Shown: positions 18,720 through 39,227 of the stretch, piece by piece | How positions within the stretch are numbered: the stretch's first letter is position 1 | Layout: each line of letters begins with the position of its first letter | Source of the DNA: the human T2T-CHM13v2.0 reference genome, Homo sapiens | Direction: 5' to 3' (one strand) | Assembly (NCBI RefSeq): GCF_009914755.1 | Contig: NC_060934.1 | Length of the DNA stretch: 64,000 bases | Program-made: the position numbers and the translations under genes | The notes under the pieces: generated by a model | Told to the model about the DNA's origin: nothing | The model's database searches: none | The model's input: the letters and a program-made list of their open reading frames with translations, nothing else

Positions 18720-20159
18720 TAACCTCTCATCTTGATTCTGTCTCCTCAAAAATAGGTTATTTATAAATGGTATAAACATTCATAACCTGTTACTGTCAGT
18801 AAGCATTTGAATCAAATAAGATTCTTGCCTTGATATTCTATGACCCATTTGGAACTTTTCCATGAATTCTCGAGAGTACTAAATGACTATTTGAGAGCTG
18901 CCTTTATATGGTGTAAAATTCTCTTTTGTGCCTTTAAGTGTAGGCATTTGCATTTTATTTATAAAATATACCTACTTTTGCCTCAATTTTTTTGACATGT
19001 ATGAAGGACTCCAAAATGTCCAGAGCCAAATAAAAGGCAGATCAGTGGCTGCCTATTATATGACAAGTGAATTTAGGAATGGAGAAGGAATATTGTAGCA
19101 AGAGATGTCAGAGACATCTTTTTGCAGATGGGACATATGACTTGAAACAAGGTGAGCAGTCAATAAAGGTTTGTGGGCCTGCAGTACTGGTGACAGCAAC
19201 ACCCTGAGCAAGGTTCTACCAGGTGTATCTTTCCTCTTGCGTATTTCTACCCTAAAAGCATAAATTCACAGTGTCACTTTTTAAAGGTAAGGGAGCTAAA
19301 CACTATTGCACAGTCTGTCTACCCCACTAAACTGTGAGCTCCCCAGACATCAGGGAACTGAGTCCCACTCACCTTCATATCATCAAGGTTTGGCAACCTC
19401 AGTGTCTGTACTTGATGATTACCTATGTGGCAAGTGTTCAGATAATTAGTGCTTCCACAACTAGGGAGACAGCTCCAGGCAAGAACAGAAAAACTTTTTG
19501 TTCCCTTGTGACAGAGATCCTTCCACATGGTTACTCTTCCTCTCTCCTCCCGTCAAAAGAAGGAGTGGATTATCTTTTAATCCTCCAAGAGATCCAGTTT
19601 CCTCCTCATACCTCTATACTGTAAAGACATCTCTCTCTGGTTCAGCACAGGAAGTCAGTCACAATGGGAGAGTGATGTGTATGGATCAGAGAATTGAGAC
19701 ACTTTATTTTTTAGATTCTTATTCTGTCATTTCCACTAAACCAAGAACATTCTGAGGACAGGGATCAGGTTTGATTCATCTATTGCCATTGTTACTTGCC
19801 TATTAAATGTTTACTGAAATCATGTGTTTAATCTCAAATACAACATAGATTAAAAAAAAAAAAAAAACACCCAGCTTTGGCACCTAATCCCAGGACTGGG
19901 TTCTAAACAGCAAGTGATATTTTAACATTCTAAACCCACCTACCTGAAGCAAGCACATAGCATTACAGAGTATGCTTTTTTTTTACTGTCCTCACTCCCT
20001 GAATCCATTTTACACCCTGGTTCTTGCTACCAACTTAAAAAATAGTTTATTTTCTAACTATAAAAGTAACATTTGCCAATAGCAGAAAACTTAGAAACAA
20101 AAGCTAAATTATGGTAACAAAAGTTACCATAATTTCATGATTATAAAGGTGCTAGAGTG

Positions 20160-20400
20160 GCTACTACTGTTTATGGAGCATTTGCTATGTGCCATGCACC
20201 TTGCTAAACACTTTGTATTATCTCAATTAAACCTCACAACAGGTACAATGTACCACCCACCACTTTACAAATGTGAAAACTGAAGTTTGAAAAACCTAAG
20301 TAAGTTTGTTAGCTCATAGCCACACAGCTAAGTAAGTGGTATATTTGGAATGAAAAGCCAGGTTGTTGGACTGTAGAATGTGAGTTCTTAATTACTATAT
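20160..20400. mobile_element. MIR
   Basis: gcatttgctatgtgcc..tgctaaacactttg..cctcacaac..tttacaaatgtgaaaactgaag is the MIR core. Confidence 0.7.
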
Positions 20401-20411
20401 AACATTATTAA

Positions 20412-20897
<486 letters not shown>

Positions 20898-22212
20898 TAA
20901 TATATTAAGAACATTTTAAAAATTATATTCTTATATATAATATACATATATTAATTAAAAATGTTTAGTTATATATGCACATATAAGAACATATATTCAT
21001 ATATATGAGAATATATTAAGAATATCTTCCCATGGTATTAAAATGCTGTCATAAAACTGTTTATTCATTCAATATATATTTACCTATGATGTGCCAAGCA
21101 CGAGCCCAGGTACTGAGGATAAAGCAGTGAACAAAACAAAGTTTCTATTCTCAAGTAATTTACACTTTGGTAGGGTGGACAACAAAAACACACAAATATT
21201 TAATACCTGAGGTATTAATACTATAAAGAAAAAGCAGGTAAGATGGAAAGTAGAATAGGAAATGTTATTTTTCTATAAGATATTCTATTTGCAATTATAA
21301 AATCAGTATTTAGCCAATCTCCTATTAACATTTAGATTTCTAAATTTTCGCTAATATGTACTATACTGACAGAAACATCCTTTTATATCTCCTATTTGAA
21401 CTCTGATTATTTCCTGAGATTGCATTTTTAAAAGTAAAAATGCATCTTTACTTTTAAGACTGATACTGTTAAACTGCCCTCCAGAAAGACTAGAGCAATT
21501 GATACCATCATTACCAATATAAAAAAGCAACACCATCGGCAGTGGGTATTACTTCAAAACAAAACTGTGATAATTTAACAGCAGGAAACAATGTTAGTAG
21601 TTAATCTGCATTTTAAAAATCAAACCATTGTTTACATTCCAAATGGTTTCCCAAGTTTATCATCATCTGCTTTTTTTTTTTCCAGTTTTTTGAATTGTTA
21701 TAAGGTCAAATCTGCCAATCTTTGTCCTTTTTGTGTGTTTTTTTTTAATATGAGATCTCTCTCTGCCACCCAGGCTGGAGTGCAGTGGTGTGGTGATCAC
21801 AGCCTTTAACTGCAGCCTTTAACTCCTGGGCTCAAGCGATCTTCAGCCTCCCTAGCAGCTAGGACTACAGGTGCAGACTACCACATCCCACTAATTTAAA
21901 AAAATTTTTTTTGGTAGAGACAGGATCTTACTATGTTGCCCAGGCTGGGCTTGCCTTGCTTTTATATGCTTAGAGCACCTATTACTGTAGTAATTTGTAT
22001 TTTTTTTCAGATCTCCACTTAAACTTCTTTTGGGAACACAATGATTTAAACATAAAAATCCCCACCTATGTATTCTCTAACAAGTAGATCATTTTCAAAA
22101 GATGCTGAGCAAATAAGCAGCTCTATCTTATATCCATCTTCTAACACTGTGAAAAAGCCAACATTAAAAACTTATATTATCCAATTCTATAAAAAATTGT
22201 AAGGGTTCTTAC

Positions 22213-22335
22213 CTCGACCTAAAACACAAACAGCCATTAAGTTGGATGAATAGTAAGCAGAATGGAATTTCAGTAGCTCTTGTCTTACATCAATGCCTTC
22301 TTGGTTTGGTCTAGTCTCCAGAGTATATTTGTTAC
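22213..22335 (-). CDS. IDE: IDE exon 5 (123 bp)
   Basis: [41 protein letters not shown](E). Acceptor cttccag, donor GAG|gtaaga. Confidence 0.98.
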
Positions 22336-22522
22336 CTGGAAGGGAAGAAAAGGGATTTCTTAGAAAAAGCAAAATATGTGGACTTTTAAAGTTTTGTAAT
22401 TATCACTGATATTGCTTAAGATGAACTTTAAAAATAAAGTTCTAATACACAGAATAACTCAAATTTATTTGAATGTTAAGTGAATAAACAGGATAATAGA
22501 GTACAAACCAGCAACATTTTAA

Positions 22523-23794
<1,272 letters not shown>

Positions 23795-24479
23795 CTATAT
23801 CTGTATCTATATCTCCACTTCTTAAAATCCCTATGAGATAGTAGGTATTATGAGTGCTTAAAAGACAAAATAAGATCCACATGGCCTCCATTCATGCTTA
23901 TTTTAATTTTCAATTCCCTATGTACTCCATAATTAATTGAACAGAGTCACTGAGGGATTTTTTTAGAACTTGCCAAGTTACTTGTGGAAAGAAATTTACT
24001 ATTTTGGGCCAAACCATTAAATTTGTGATGTGAATTCTCATAGATGTGATCTAGACTGGTTAAAAAAAGGATGCAATGCTATTTTTATAACTCTCCAGCG
24101 ATGTATGTAGTGTACCACTAACAGCTCTCATGAAATCTTAATAACTAATTCAAGTAGGGTAAAATATGTAAGTCAAAAACAAATAGTCAAATTCTCTAAA
24201 TAATACCTTGCAAATTAGGGACTGGGAGATGAAATTCCAATGATCGGTGTCTCTCCAAAATGGCATCTTGACTGGAAATATCCTAAGATCCTGGCATAAT
24301 AACTTTTATTATTGGTTCTACTTACACTACTAAGTGAGATCCTGTCTTTCTTCTGCAGAGATAAAACTATGGTAGAGTATGTTCTTGAAGTGGTTTAATT
24401 TTTTTTTCTTGTGTTTTTATAATATCTGATATAGGGGCACTGGGAAAGTCCCTCTTTCATGAAATTGGATGTCTACAGA

Positions 24480-24498
24480 AAGCCACCAGATGGCGCTC
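24480..24498 (+). promoter_or_regulatory. Candidate CTCF binding site in IDE intron 4
   Basis: AAGCCACCAGATGGCGCTC matches the CTCF core CCASYAGRKGGCRS at every position and lies in apparently non-repetitive sequence. Confidence 0.7.
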
Positions 24499-24679
24499 TC
24501 AAACTCAGTCTTTAGCTCAGTAGTGCTGCACAGTACTAAGATTCCTGTCCCAGAATGCTTAACAGATCCAGTGAAGACAGAATGTGCAAGAAACAGCCTA
24601 GCAAGTAACCTTAACCTTAACTCATTAACCTTTTCCTAGTCACAAAGTAATCATATGCATTCATACTCACTAGAAGTAG

Positions 24680-25108
<429 letters not shown>

Positions 25109-25719
25109 TGAGGCATGAGAATCACTTGAAACCAGGAGGCAGAGACTGCAGTGAGCCAAGATCACACCACTGCACTCCAGCCTGGGTGACAGAGTGAGAC
25201 TCTGTCTGATTGATTGATAGATAAATAAAATAATATAAATAAATAAATAAGACCTAGTTCTGCTTTACTGCCCAGAGAGGTCCTGAGACATTCTCTATTC
25301 TCTCACTCTACCTGAGGGGTCCAGATGCTCTTAGGTGCATACCCATAGTCCTAACTCCTTAGGGAAAAAAAAAGGCCTTTTGCTGGAGAATGTTTGAAGT
25401 TCTCTCGTATCAAGGTGAAATTTGAGTATTGATGAAGCCTTTCTTTTCTACTAAATGAAGATTCTAAAAGCCACAGTTCTAGAGGGAGTTTTGCTTAAGC
25501 TCCTTAGTGCTTTACACTGCCATCTCGGCTCACTGCAACCTCCACCTCCAAGATTCAATTGATTCTCCTGGGGCCAGATATCTTCTGACTGCATGGCCTT
25601 GAACAAGTTACTTTACTTCTCTGTGGCTCAATCTCCTCAACTGACATTAGTGGACTTACAGTACATAATGAGAAAAATACACGTAAAAAAAGTATAAGAC
25701 TATTACTTAACAAAAATGT

Positions 25720-26270
25720 TAAAGTCTTACGACACCAACTGTTGTTTAGTATGCAGAGAATGAGAACTCAGACACTGCCTGATGGAGTGCATCTTGAATC
25801 AACCGCTACAGGAAACAACCTAGTCAATCTGAAGATGTCCATATCCTACTACATAGTAATTCCACTCCTGGATATATGTATCCAGAGAAGTCTGTGTACA
25901 AGGAGACATGTACAACAATTCCATAGTAACACTGTTTCATTAACAGGAAAATGAATAAATAGTGGTACAGTCATTCAATGAATTTTTCAAAGAGCAATAA
26001 AATACAAAAATTATCAGAGGAATACTCATCAATATGGACAACTCTTACAAAACAAAATGTTGAATGAAAAAATACAAGCGGCAGAGATTACACACAATAA
26101 AATACTATTTCCATGAAACCTAAAAACATATAAAACTATAAACACGGAAATGATAATCATTAAAGAAGATAGTGGTTATCTCTCAGGAGCAGGAAGGAAA
26201 ATGCAACTGAAGTGTACACCGGATGCTCAAAGTGCATTTGTAACGTTCTCTTTCTTTAAGCAGTGTGACA
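25720..26270 (+). mobile_element. Old L1M(E) 3' fragment
   Basis: gtaattccactcctggatatatgtatccagagaa..tggtacagtcattcaatg are L1 3' motifs. Confidence 0.65.
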
Positions 26271-26929
26271 GAGAATGATCTGGCAAATGTCTGTGTACCT
26301 ACCTCTTTGTATGACAACTACATCATAAATCTGTAAAAATACTGAAGTATTTAACATAATACTTAATAAATAAACAACGGAAAATAAACAACAAACAGTA
26401 GCTACTGCTGTTACAATTTGAATTGTAGGAAGGACTCTTGGCTTCTGAGTGAATCATTATACAAAAAGATGTACTCCCCAGAGAAAAAAATAGAAATTGT
26501 GGCTAGAAGCTGAGTAAATGGTCCAGATGACTGCCCCCCAACACCTAAGAAACCATGTATGGAGAACAACGTGAATAAGGCTGGGATAATAAATACCAAT
26601 TCAGTCTCTAGACACATACTGTCCTAATTTTGTGCTCATTCAGCTGGGTCATTTATGTCAAATTAAAATGCTGCTACTTGTACTAAAATCTTGAATCCTA
26701 CCTTTCTGGCTCTGTTGCATCCAGGTGAGCTCCAGCAGTGAATGGAGGAGCAGGGTTGCTCACCTACTGTGACCCTTCCACTCTACGCCTGCTAGGAGAG
26801 AACACTGCCTTGGCATTTAGGAATTCAGGGATTCTTGTCCTGACTCCATCATGTGCTAATTAAGCAACCTTGGAAAAGTCTCCAAATATCTCCAAGGGGT
26901 CATTTATTTCATCTGTAAAATAGGGATAA

Positions 26930-27450
<521 letters not shown>

Positions 27451-28169
27451 AATTACTGAATATTAACATGGGGTTTTGTGAAGCCTAAGAAATGTAATAA
27501 TGGATGCGAAGAGGGGTTGGTAAATTGTAAAATCCAGTAAGTGCTACTTTATATTTTCATTTTAACAACTATTTTAAATTCTGTTTAGAACAAATAAAGC
27601 TTACAAACTCAGCACTAATGTATATGAATACTGATTTTCAAGGGAATAAAATTTATTTTCCTGGAAAATTCTGAAGCCAGCAATATATTTCTTATACTGG
27701 GAAGGAATGAGTTTTAAGTTTTAGAAACGTCTTAGAAACCACAGGTTTCTCCAATAGTATGTTCTCAGGGAAAGGTCAACTTGATAGTTATAACCCATTA
27801 TAATTTTATATGTTCTCTGAAAACCCAAGATCCTGAAAGTTAGGCTAACATACCTATAGCTAGTTACTTGGAATTATTATAAACTTTTTAAAAAGCCCTT
27901 TCTTCTTGCTATAGCAATCTTCTAAAAATCCTGGAAGTGAGAGACTAAAGCCTTTTGATATATGTGAATTTTCCCACAAAATTTAAACCGACAATTCCTC
28001 TGCAGCTGAGTAAGTATATGCAAGTACAAGATATGAGTTATAAAAGGGGACTTTAAGTGAAAACCTCTTAAATGCCATCAGAAAACACTCCTACACTTGA
28101 TTGGTCCAGCTCTTGTTTTCAGTAAATTTCTAGTTTTCCACAGACACATATCCCAGTAACGAGAAAAAA

Positions 28170-29360
28170 GATAGTAACAAAATCCATGGAAAAGCTAAGG
28201 GAACAATAAATGATTACATGGACTAAAATATATGAAATGTTTTTACATCCATGAGTCTATGTGATACTCAAAAAACAAATTAGTCACCCTGAAGGATGCT
28301 GACGAACCAATTCATTATTTTGAAAATTGGTAAATAAATGGAATGGAATAAAAGCATTTATCCTGCCTTTCCCACAGTAACTGTACCACTGACTAGCCAA
28401 ATAGTAGAAAAGGAGATTTTACAGCAGTACTCAAGTTAATCAAAAGAGATGGAATAATAGAATTAGCATTAGAAAAACCAAAATTAGGGAGGTGATGCAC
28501 TGAGAATCAATATTTGCAACATCATAAATGACCAGACATTGTATGCCCAATGGAAAAATACATCACCACCTATGAAGATGTCTTGTCAAAAAGTCAAACA
28601 CAAATTTGATCAAGCCTCTATATCCAACTGCCAATTTGTAGAAATACAGAAGACAGAGGAACTTGTTAAACTACATTGTTAGGGGTGCAGTAAAAAAAAA
28701 AAAATCTAGGCTATGAGAAGTTCGATAAAACAAACAACCTGATTATTCAATAAATAAATTCCAAGAGGGGAGTGAGGGGAAGGAGTAGAGGAAGAGATGA
28801 AGGATGAACTCTTAAACTAAAAAGAGACTTAAAAGACATATCAGACTGGAGTGGTGGCTCACTTTGGGTGACTCACTTTGGGGTCCTAGCACTTTGGGTG
28901 GTCAAGGTGGGAGAATCGCTTGAAACTAGGATTTCAAGACAAGCCTGGACAACATAGTGAGATCCTGTCTCTACAAAAATTAAAATAATAATAATAATAA
29001 TAATGAAAGACATATCAAACAATCACTAATATGTAATACTTATTTGGACTCTGATTCAAATAAACTTTAAAAATAATGATTTTTATAAGAACACTAGAAA
29101 TTTGAACACTAACTGGATATTTGATAATAATGGTAACAATAATGGTATTTTTATGTTTTTAAAAATGAATTGCTATGTTTTAGAGATATATACTGAAATA
29201 TTTATGAGCAAAATGATATCTAGAATCTCTTCAAAATAATACAAAAGGGTGAATGGAAATGTGGATTGTACAGAATTGGCCAGGGGCAGGGTGATGCACA
29301 CATAGGGTCATTATAGTATTTTGTGTTCTTTTGTGTATGTTTTAAATTCTTCACAAAAAA
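28170..29360 (+). mobile_element. L1MC-type 3' UTR relic with an inserted Alu monomer (~28845-29003)
   Basis: gaaccaattcattattttgaaaattggtaaata; tttgaacactaactggatatttgata; tactgaaatatttatg. Confidence 0.7.
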
Positions 29361-30438
29361 AAAATGGTGAAGGGAAGAAAAGAGGAAATAAGGGTGGGAG
29401 GGAAGAGAGAAAAAAGTAATTGAACTTGTATTAGAGTCTGATTTGGTGTGTTATTATGTTTACCACAGGATCAGGAGTCACTGAACTACCCTCTGGTTCA
29501 TATTCCACAATTTTATTGGGTTCTCTTTTTCTATTCTATTCCTTCCTACTTCTCTATGCAAAAGCATCCTTTGTTATACTCAAACTATCCTAACTCATGT
29601 TCTCCAAAAGAAACCAGGCTCACTCCTTGGTCTTTTCTTCATGTCATGGTTTTGGGGGTCAACTTAATTACTATCATGAAGAACATAGGCTTTGAGTTCA
29701 GACTGACTTGATAATTGAATTCCATAACCTATACAGATAGTTCCACTACCACCCTATCTCTCTCCTCTCTGTACTCCCTGCAAGACTAAAACATTAGTCA
29801 AATACAACAAATATTAGTTCCTTTTCTTTTTCCCCTTGAATGGCTCTTCCTTCTGCTTAAGGAAATCTTATCTATACTTCAGGAGAAGTGAAACTGCATC
29901 TCCGCTAAGATCCTGGAGAAATAAATTCTGGGCAACACTAAAACATGCAAAATAGAATAGTGTTTAAAAGCTCCAAATCTGGGCACAGATCCTGACTCCA
30001 GCACTTAAAAGCTGAGGGACCCAAGGCAATTTAATTATCTTAAGTCTTAATCTACTCATGTAAGATGGAAATATGAGCATCTACCTACTGGGGTTACTGT
30101 GAGAATTATTAGAAATTAAATAATCCACGTAAAGTGCTTAGCATAGCACTCAATAAAAATTAGCAAGAAAAAGGAGGAAGAAAATGGAGAGATGATGATC
30201 CTGGAAAATCAAAGCTAAAATTACACTCAGTGAAATCCTGGGTTTGCCTTGCTTCCCCAACTAAACTTTCAGCACCTTGAGTGCAATGACACTAGTTACA
30301 CTTCTTTGCATTTTCTAATGCACTTTACATGTAGGGGGACTAAAAAAATTACTTATTAACTGAGAGAGAGAAAATTTGGGCTCATTTATATTTATAATCC
30401 TATGAACTTGGAATAAGCATACTAGAGTAAATAGCAGC

Positions 30439-31013
30439 GGAGTCAGGCAGATGACCTGAGCTCAGAAGTTCGAGACTAGCCTGGGCGACATGGTGAAACC
30501 CTGTCTCTACTAAAAATACAAAAACTAGCCAGGTGTGATGGCACCTGCCTTTAATCCCAGCTACTTCAGAGGCTGAGGCAGGAGAATCGTTTGAACCCAG
30601 GAGATGGAAGCTGTAGTGAGCCGAGATCATGCGACCGCACTCCAGTCTGAATGACAGAAGGAAACCCTGTCTCAAAGAAAGAAAAGAAAAGAAAGAAATT
30701 TTCTTTCTTTTCACTTGCTGGGCACAGTGGCTCACACCATAATCCTAGCACTCTGGGAGGCCAAGGCAGGCAAATGACCTGAGGTCAGGAATTCGAGACC
30801 AGCCTGGCCAACATGGTCTCTACTTAAAAAAAAAAAAAAAAAATTAGTTAGGCATTGTGGTATGTGCCTATAATCCCAGCAACTTGGGTGGCTGAGACAT
30901 GATAACCACTTAAACCTAGGAGGCGGAGGTTGCAGTGAGCCAAGATCATGCCATGTCACTTCAGCATGGGCGACAAGAGTAAGACTCAGTCTTAAAAAAA
31001 AAAAAAAAAAAAA
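30439..31013 (+). mobile_element. Two tandem Alus
   Basis: 5'-truncated Alu followed by a near-full Alu. Confidence 0.88.
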
Positions 31014-31404
31014 GTCACGCACACCTAAAATACAGCTCCACCCTCTATATTCTTGTCTTCAACTGTGCCTTTCATTCTACCTATACATGAAGGAGTACCT
31101 GTTTTGTTGTTCCCACTCACTCTTTGACCTCCTTCTTTTATTTCCCTCCCAGCTGAATAAACCCAGTTGCTCCCACAGTGTCGGTAGAGTTATGTTTGGA
31201 GAAACAGATCAGTAAGGAATAACCAGAACTAAGTTTTTCCTTTTACTATTCTAAACCTGCTTGTAAACATTCAACTGCTCCTACTTTAATTCCATTGAGA
31301 GGCAAACAAAAAAACAAAATAGGGCAGAAAAATGGTTTCTAGTTTATCAGGAACTATGAAACTAAAGGCATATGTGAATAATGAAGAGAAAAAGTGAAAG
31401 TGGA

Positions 31405-33710
<2,306 letters not shown>

Positions 33711-33874
33711 CAAGGACTTTTTCAGAATCCTACTGTCCTTTCACAGCTACCAATCAGGTATTATACTATTAATATGATTTATTTAACATTATTATGGGCT
33801 TCATATGCACAATCTCATTTAATATTGGCATCAACCTGATGTGGAAAGGAACTGGGGCTTAGAGAAGTTAAGAG

Positions 33875-34297
33875 GCTGGGCATGATGGTTCATGCCTGTA
33901 ACCCTAGCACTTTGGGAAGCTGAGGCAGGAGGATCACTTGAGCCTAGGAGTTTGAGACCAGCTTGGGCAACATAGGGAGACCCTATCTCTACAAAAGATT
34001 AAATAATTAGCTGAGTGTGGTAGTGTGTGCGTGTAGTCTCAGCTACTTGGGAGGCTGGGGTAGGAGGATCATTTGAGCCCAGGAGGAGGAGGTTACAGAG
34101 TGCCAAGATTGCACCACTGCATTCCAGCCTGGGCAACAGGGTGAGGCCCTGTCTCAAAAAAAAAAAAAAAAAAAAAAAAGGACAGGGTCTCACTATGTTG
34201 CCTAGACTGGTCTTGAACTTCTGGGTGCAAACCATCCTCCTGCCTCAGCCTCCTGAGAAGCTGCGATTACAGGTGCATACCACCACATCTAGCTTTT
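33875..34297. mobile_element. Plus-strand AluJ-like element directly abutting a minus-strand Alu fragment
   Basis: The A tail ends at ~34179 and ggacagggtctcactatgttgcc begins immediately. Confidence 0.85.
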
Positions 34298-34319
34298 TGT
34301 GTCTCTTTTGAACAAGGAT

Positions 34320-35660
34320 TTTAAATTTCAATGAGGTCAAGTTTATCTCTAAACCTATGGTTCATCTCTATCTTCATGGGTTTTTCTGTGTGTTTAAGAA
34401 CATTTCCTCTATCTGAAGATAAAAAAAATTCTCATATATTTTCTTTTAAAAGTTGTAGCGAACCAGACTCAGTGGCACATGTCTGTAGTCTATAGAAAGT
34501 CTACATAAAGTCCTAAGAAAGAACTATATTTTTTTCATTTGTAATGTACCTCTGCCTTATATCAAGTTTCCATATGTTTGTGGATGTTTCCAGGGCCTAT
34601 AATCTGTTCTACTTGTATCTTCATGCACCCCTGCTTCAATTCTACTACTGTAACAACTAGAACTTTATAATAAGTCTTGGTACCTGGTAGAAGTAGCTTT
34701 CCTTGTTCCTCAAAATTATCTTAGCTATTCTTGGCCTTTTACTCTCTTATTAATTTTATAATGAGATTATACAATTCCTAAAAAAAAACTTACAGGACTT
34801 TCAACTGGCACTGCATTGAATTTAGAGAAATTTGGGGCATATTTACATTTATGTTATATAGAGTTTAACCATCCATGTGCATGATATACCTCCCCATTTA
34901 GGCATTCTTTTATATCCATTACATATTTCTTGCAACTCTTTCATTGGATTTATTTCTGAATATTTTACAGCTTTGTTAAATATTGCAAATGAAATAATTT
35001 TTACCCCAGCATTTTCCTGTAATTGATTATTGATACAAGAACATGGCCGGGCACGGTGGCTAATGCCTGTAATCCTAACACTTTGAGAGGCCAAGGCGGG
35101 TGGATCACGAGGCTGGGAGATCGAGACCATGCTGACTAACATGGTGAAACCCCATCTCTACTAAAAATACAAAAAATTAGCTGGGCGTGGTGGCACGTGC
35201 CTGTAATCCCAACTACTTGGGGAGCTGAGACAGGGGAATCGTTTGAACCTGGGAGGCGGAGGTGGCAGTGAGCCAAGGTCACGCCACTGTACTCCAAAGA
35301 ACGCAATTTTAGTGTGTTTGTCTTCTTTCTGGCAACCTTGCTGAATTATTTTTAATGACTGATCTGAAGATTTTCTTCAGTATTTTTATGGAGGCAATCC
35401 TATCATATGGAAATAAGGAAATAGGTTTTGTTGTGCTTCCTTTCCATCTCTTATAATCACATTTTCCCCCTTGATTTATTGTAATGATTAATACCTGTAA
35501 GTATAGCCAAACAAAAGTGATAGTGGGCATCCTTATTTTTTCAACAGAAATCCTTTGAAACCTCCATTAATCATGAAGTTTGACAATAGCTTTTAATCAG
35601 CTTGAAAGTTTTTTATTGTTGTGGTTTATTTTTGTTCATGGATGAGTGCTGTGTTTTATC
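34320..35660 (-). mobile_element. Old L1ME relic interrupted by an Alu (~35046-35296)
   Basis: ctttataataagtcttg, cttagctattcttggcc, ccatttaggcattctttt, gtgatagtgggcatcctt. Confidence 0.65.
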
Positions 35661-35694
35661 CAATGCTCAGAGTCTACTGTCTATCACTTTGGAC

Positions 35695-35950
35695 TACTAA
35701 AACTGTGGGTCAGGACCCATTATATTGTAATTAAATGCATTTAAAGTATTAGCAGATCAGAGTTTCTCTAGAAAAAAAAAAAAACAGAATATAAGGGAAA
35801 GTGCCAGACTACATCCCATGATGTAAGATAGTGTTTGACAAAATTTTGTTTCAGCTGCTTACACAAACACATATATGTACTCTGAATTGCTAAATAAAAT
35901 GTGCTTCTTACTATGAGTTGTATACAAAAAAGAGTTTGAAAGCCACTAAT
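35695..35950. mobile_element. hAT-Charlie-type non-autonomous DNA transposon (subfamily uncertain)
   Basis: Ends aaactgtgggtcaggacccatta and cttactatgagttg..aaaagagtttgaaagccact. Confidence 0.55.
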
Positions 35951-36105
35951 CTATACTATTTCTGAGCATGAAAACCGACTGTTAGGGACAAACATCTTAC
36001 TGTAAAGTTTTCTTAAAACAGATAATACAATGTGTGGTTTTTATTCATTCAAAAATACACACCTTTTTCTGGTATTATTATTTTAAATCAAAATCCCTTG
36101 ATGAG

Positions 36106-37896
<1,791 letters not shown>

Positions 37897-39057
37897 TGAT
37901 ATTTGTTTTTTAAAACTCACATTCCATTCTTGACATACCATGTATACTGATGTTCTCCACAAAAATCACTTTTTAAAAAATTCAGCATTATGTAGACATT
38001 CTAAGAACCACACTATTCATCTTGGCAATTATGTTACTATTGAGTGCCAAGTACCACGGTTCTAAAGAATATAATATCACTGCTTCAAAGTATAATTTTT
38101 GAAAACTCCTAATTCTGTAAAGCTATGCTAATTTCTCTGACTGCTGTTGGATACATTAGGATGATATCCAAACTTAAAGAAAGTTGTCTTTATGGTTTTA
38201 AAAAGTTCCCAAAACTAATTTATAAAATAAGCATGTTCTCATAATAGAGAAGTGAATTTTTAAGCATAAATTTCTAAGTACATTAAATAATATATTATCA
38301 TTATTCTTATGTACTTTTATAATACCCAAAACAGTATTTTAAAAGTATAGCAATCTGTTAACAATGATTACCTCTGGTGAGCATGACTGGCAGGAATAGA
38401 TAAAGAATAGACAGACTTTGTGTTTCTGCTTTTATTTTTACTCTAAATGCTTTTGTACTGTTTAAATATTTAAACAAGTACTTTTTTAATGAAAAATTGA
38501 AGAAAAAGGTACAATTATAAAGTCAAGAGTCTCCACGTTTATCTTATTCTACTTCCTGTTATCCCCATTTCTTATCTCCCTCTAGGAGATTGTAGCACTT
38601 TAAGAGCTGGGATCTTGTGTGTCTTCTACAGTGTCCTATCTCCCACAGAGCTAACCCCATAGCAGACGCTATGCATCTGGATTAGCAGAAGTAGAGGCAA
38701 TGAGGACAAGTGGATTCAACAATACTACAGTGAGCCTTTACAAAAAAAAGTACTTTGGAAGGTAGGCTTTGGAATAAAAGAATCTATTATCTTCTCCATA
38801 TGGAATGCTGGTTAATATCTATTCACAACTCTAACTGCTCTGCTCCTTAAACGTTTAGAACCCTATTTGAACAGGATGTAAGTAGAAATGTGGAATTTTG
38901 AAATCTATCCTGAATTGTAAAATATGCCATGAACTGTATATGCCATGGGTTATATACATAAATATATACATAAATATATTTTATATATACATAAAATATA
39001 ATACTATGCAGTGGCCATGGGTTTAAATGAGGTCAAGGAAAGCAGCTGTTGACAAAC

Positions 39058-39227
39058 CTGTCCCAAATTTACTGAAGGGGTGTTTAGGATTCCCTGTAGC
39101 TTTTTCCAATTGAAAGAGTCTCCAGGCATCATTCATCACATTCTTCTCATGTTCTGAATCAACTGCATTCACCTCTCTGTCTTTGCAACTTTCATCGAAC
39201 AAGGGGCACAGAAAAAACTGTGCAAAC
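39058..39227 (-). CDS. IDE: IDE exon 4 (170 bp; includes third zinc ligand Glu189)
   Basis: (R)[56 protein letters not shown](G). Acceptor cccttag, donor CAG|gtttgt. Confidence 0.98.
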
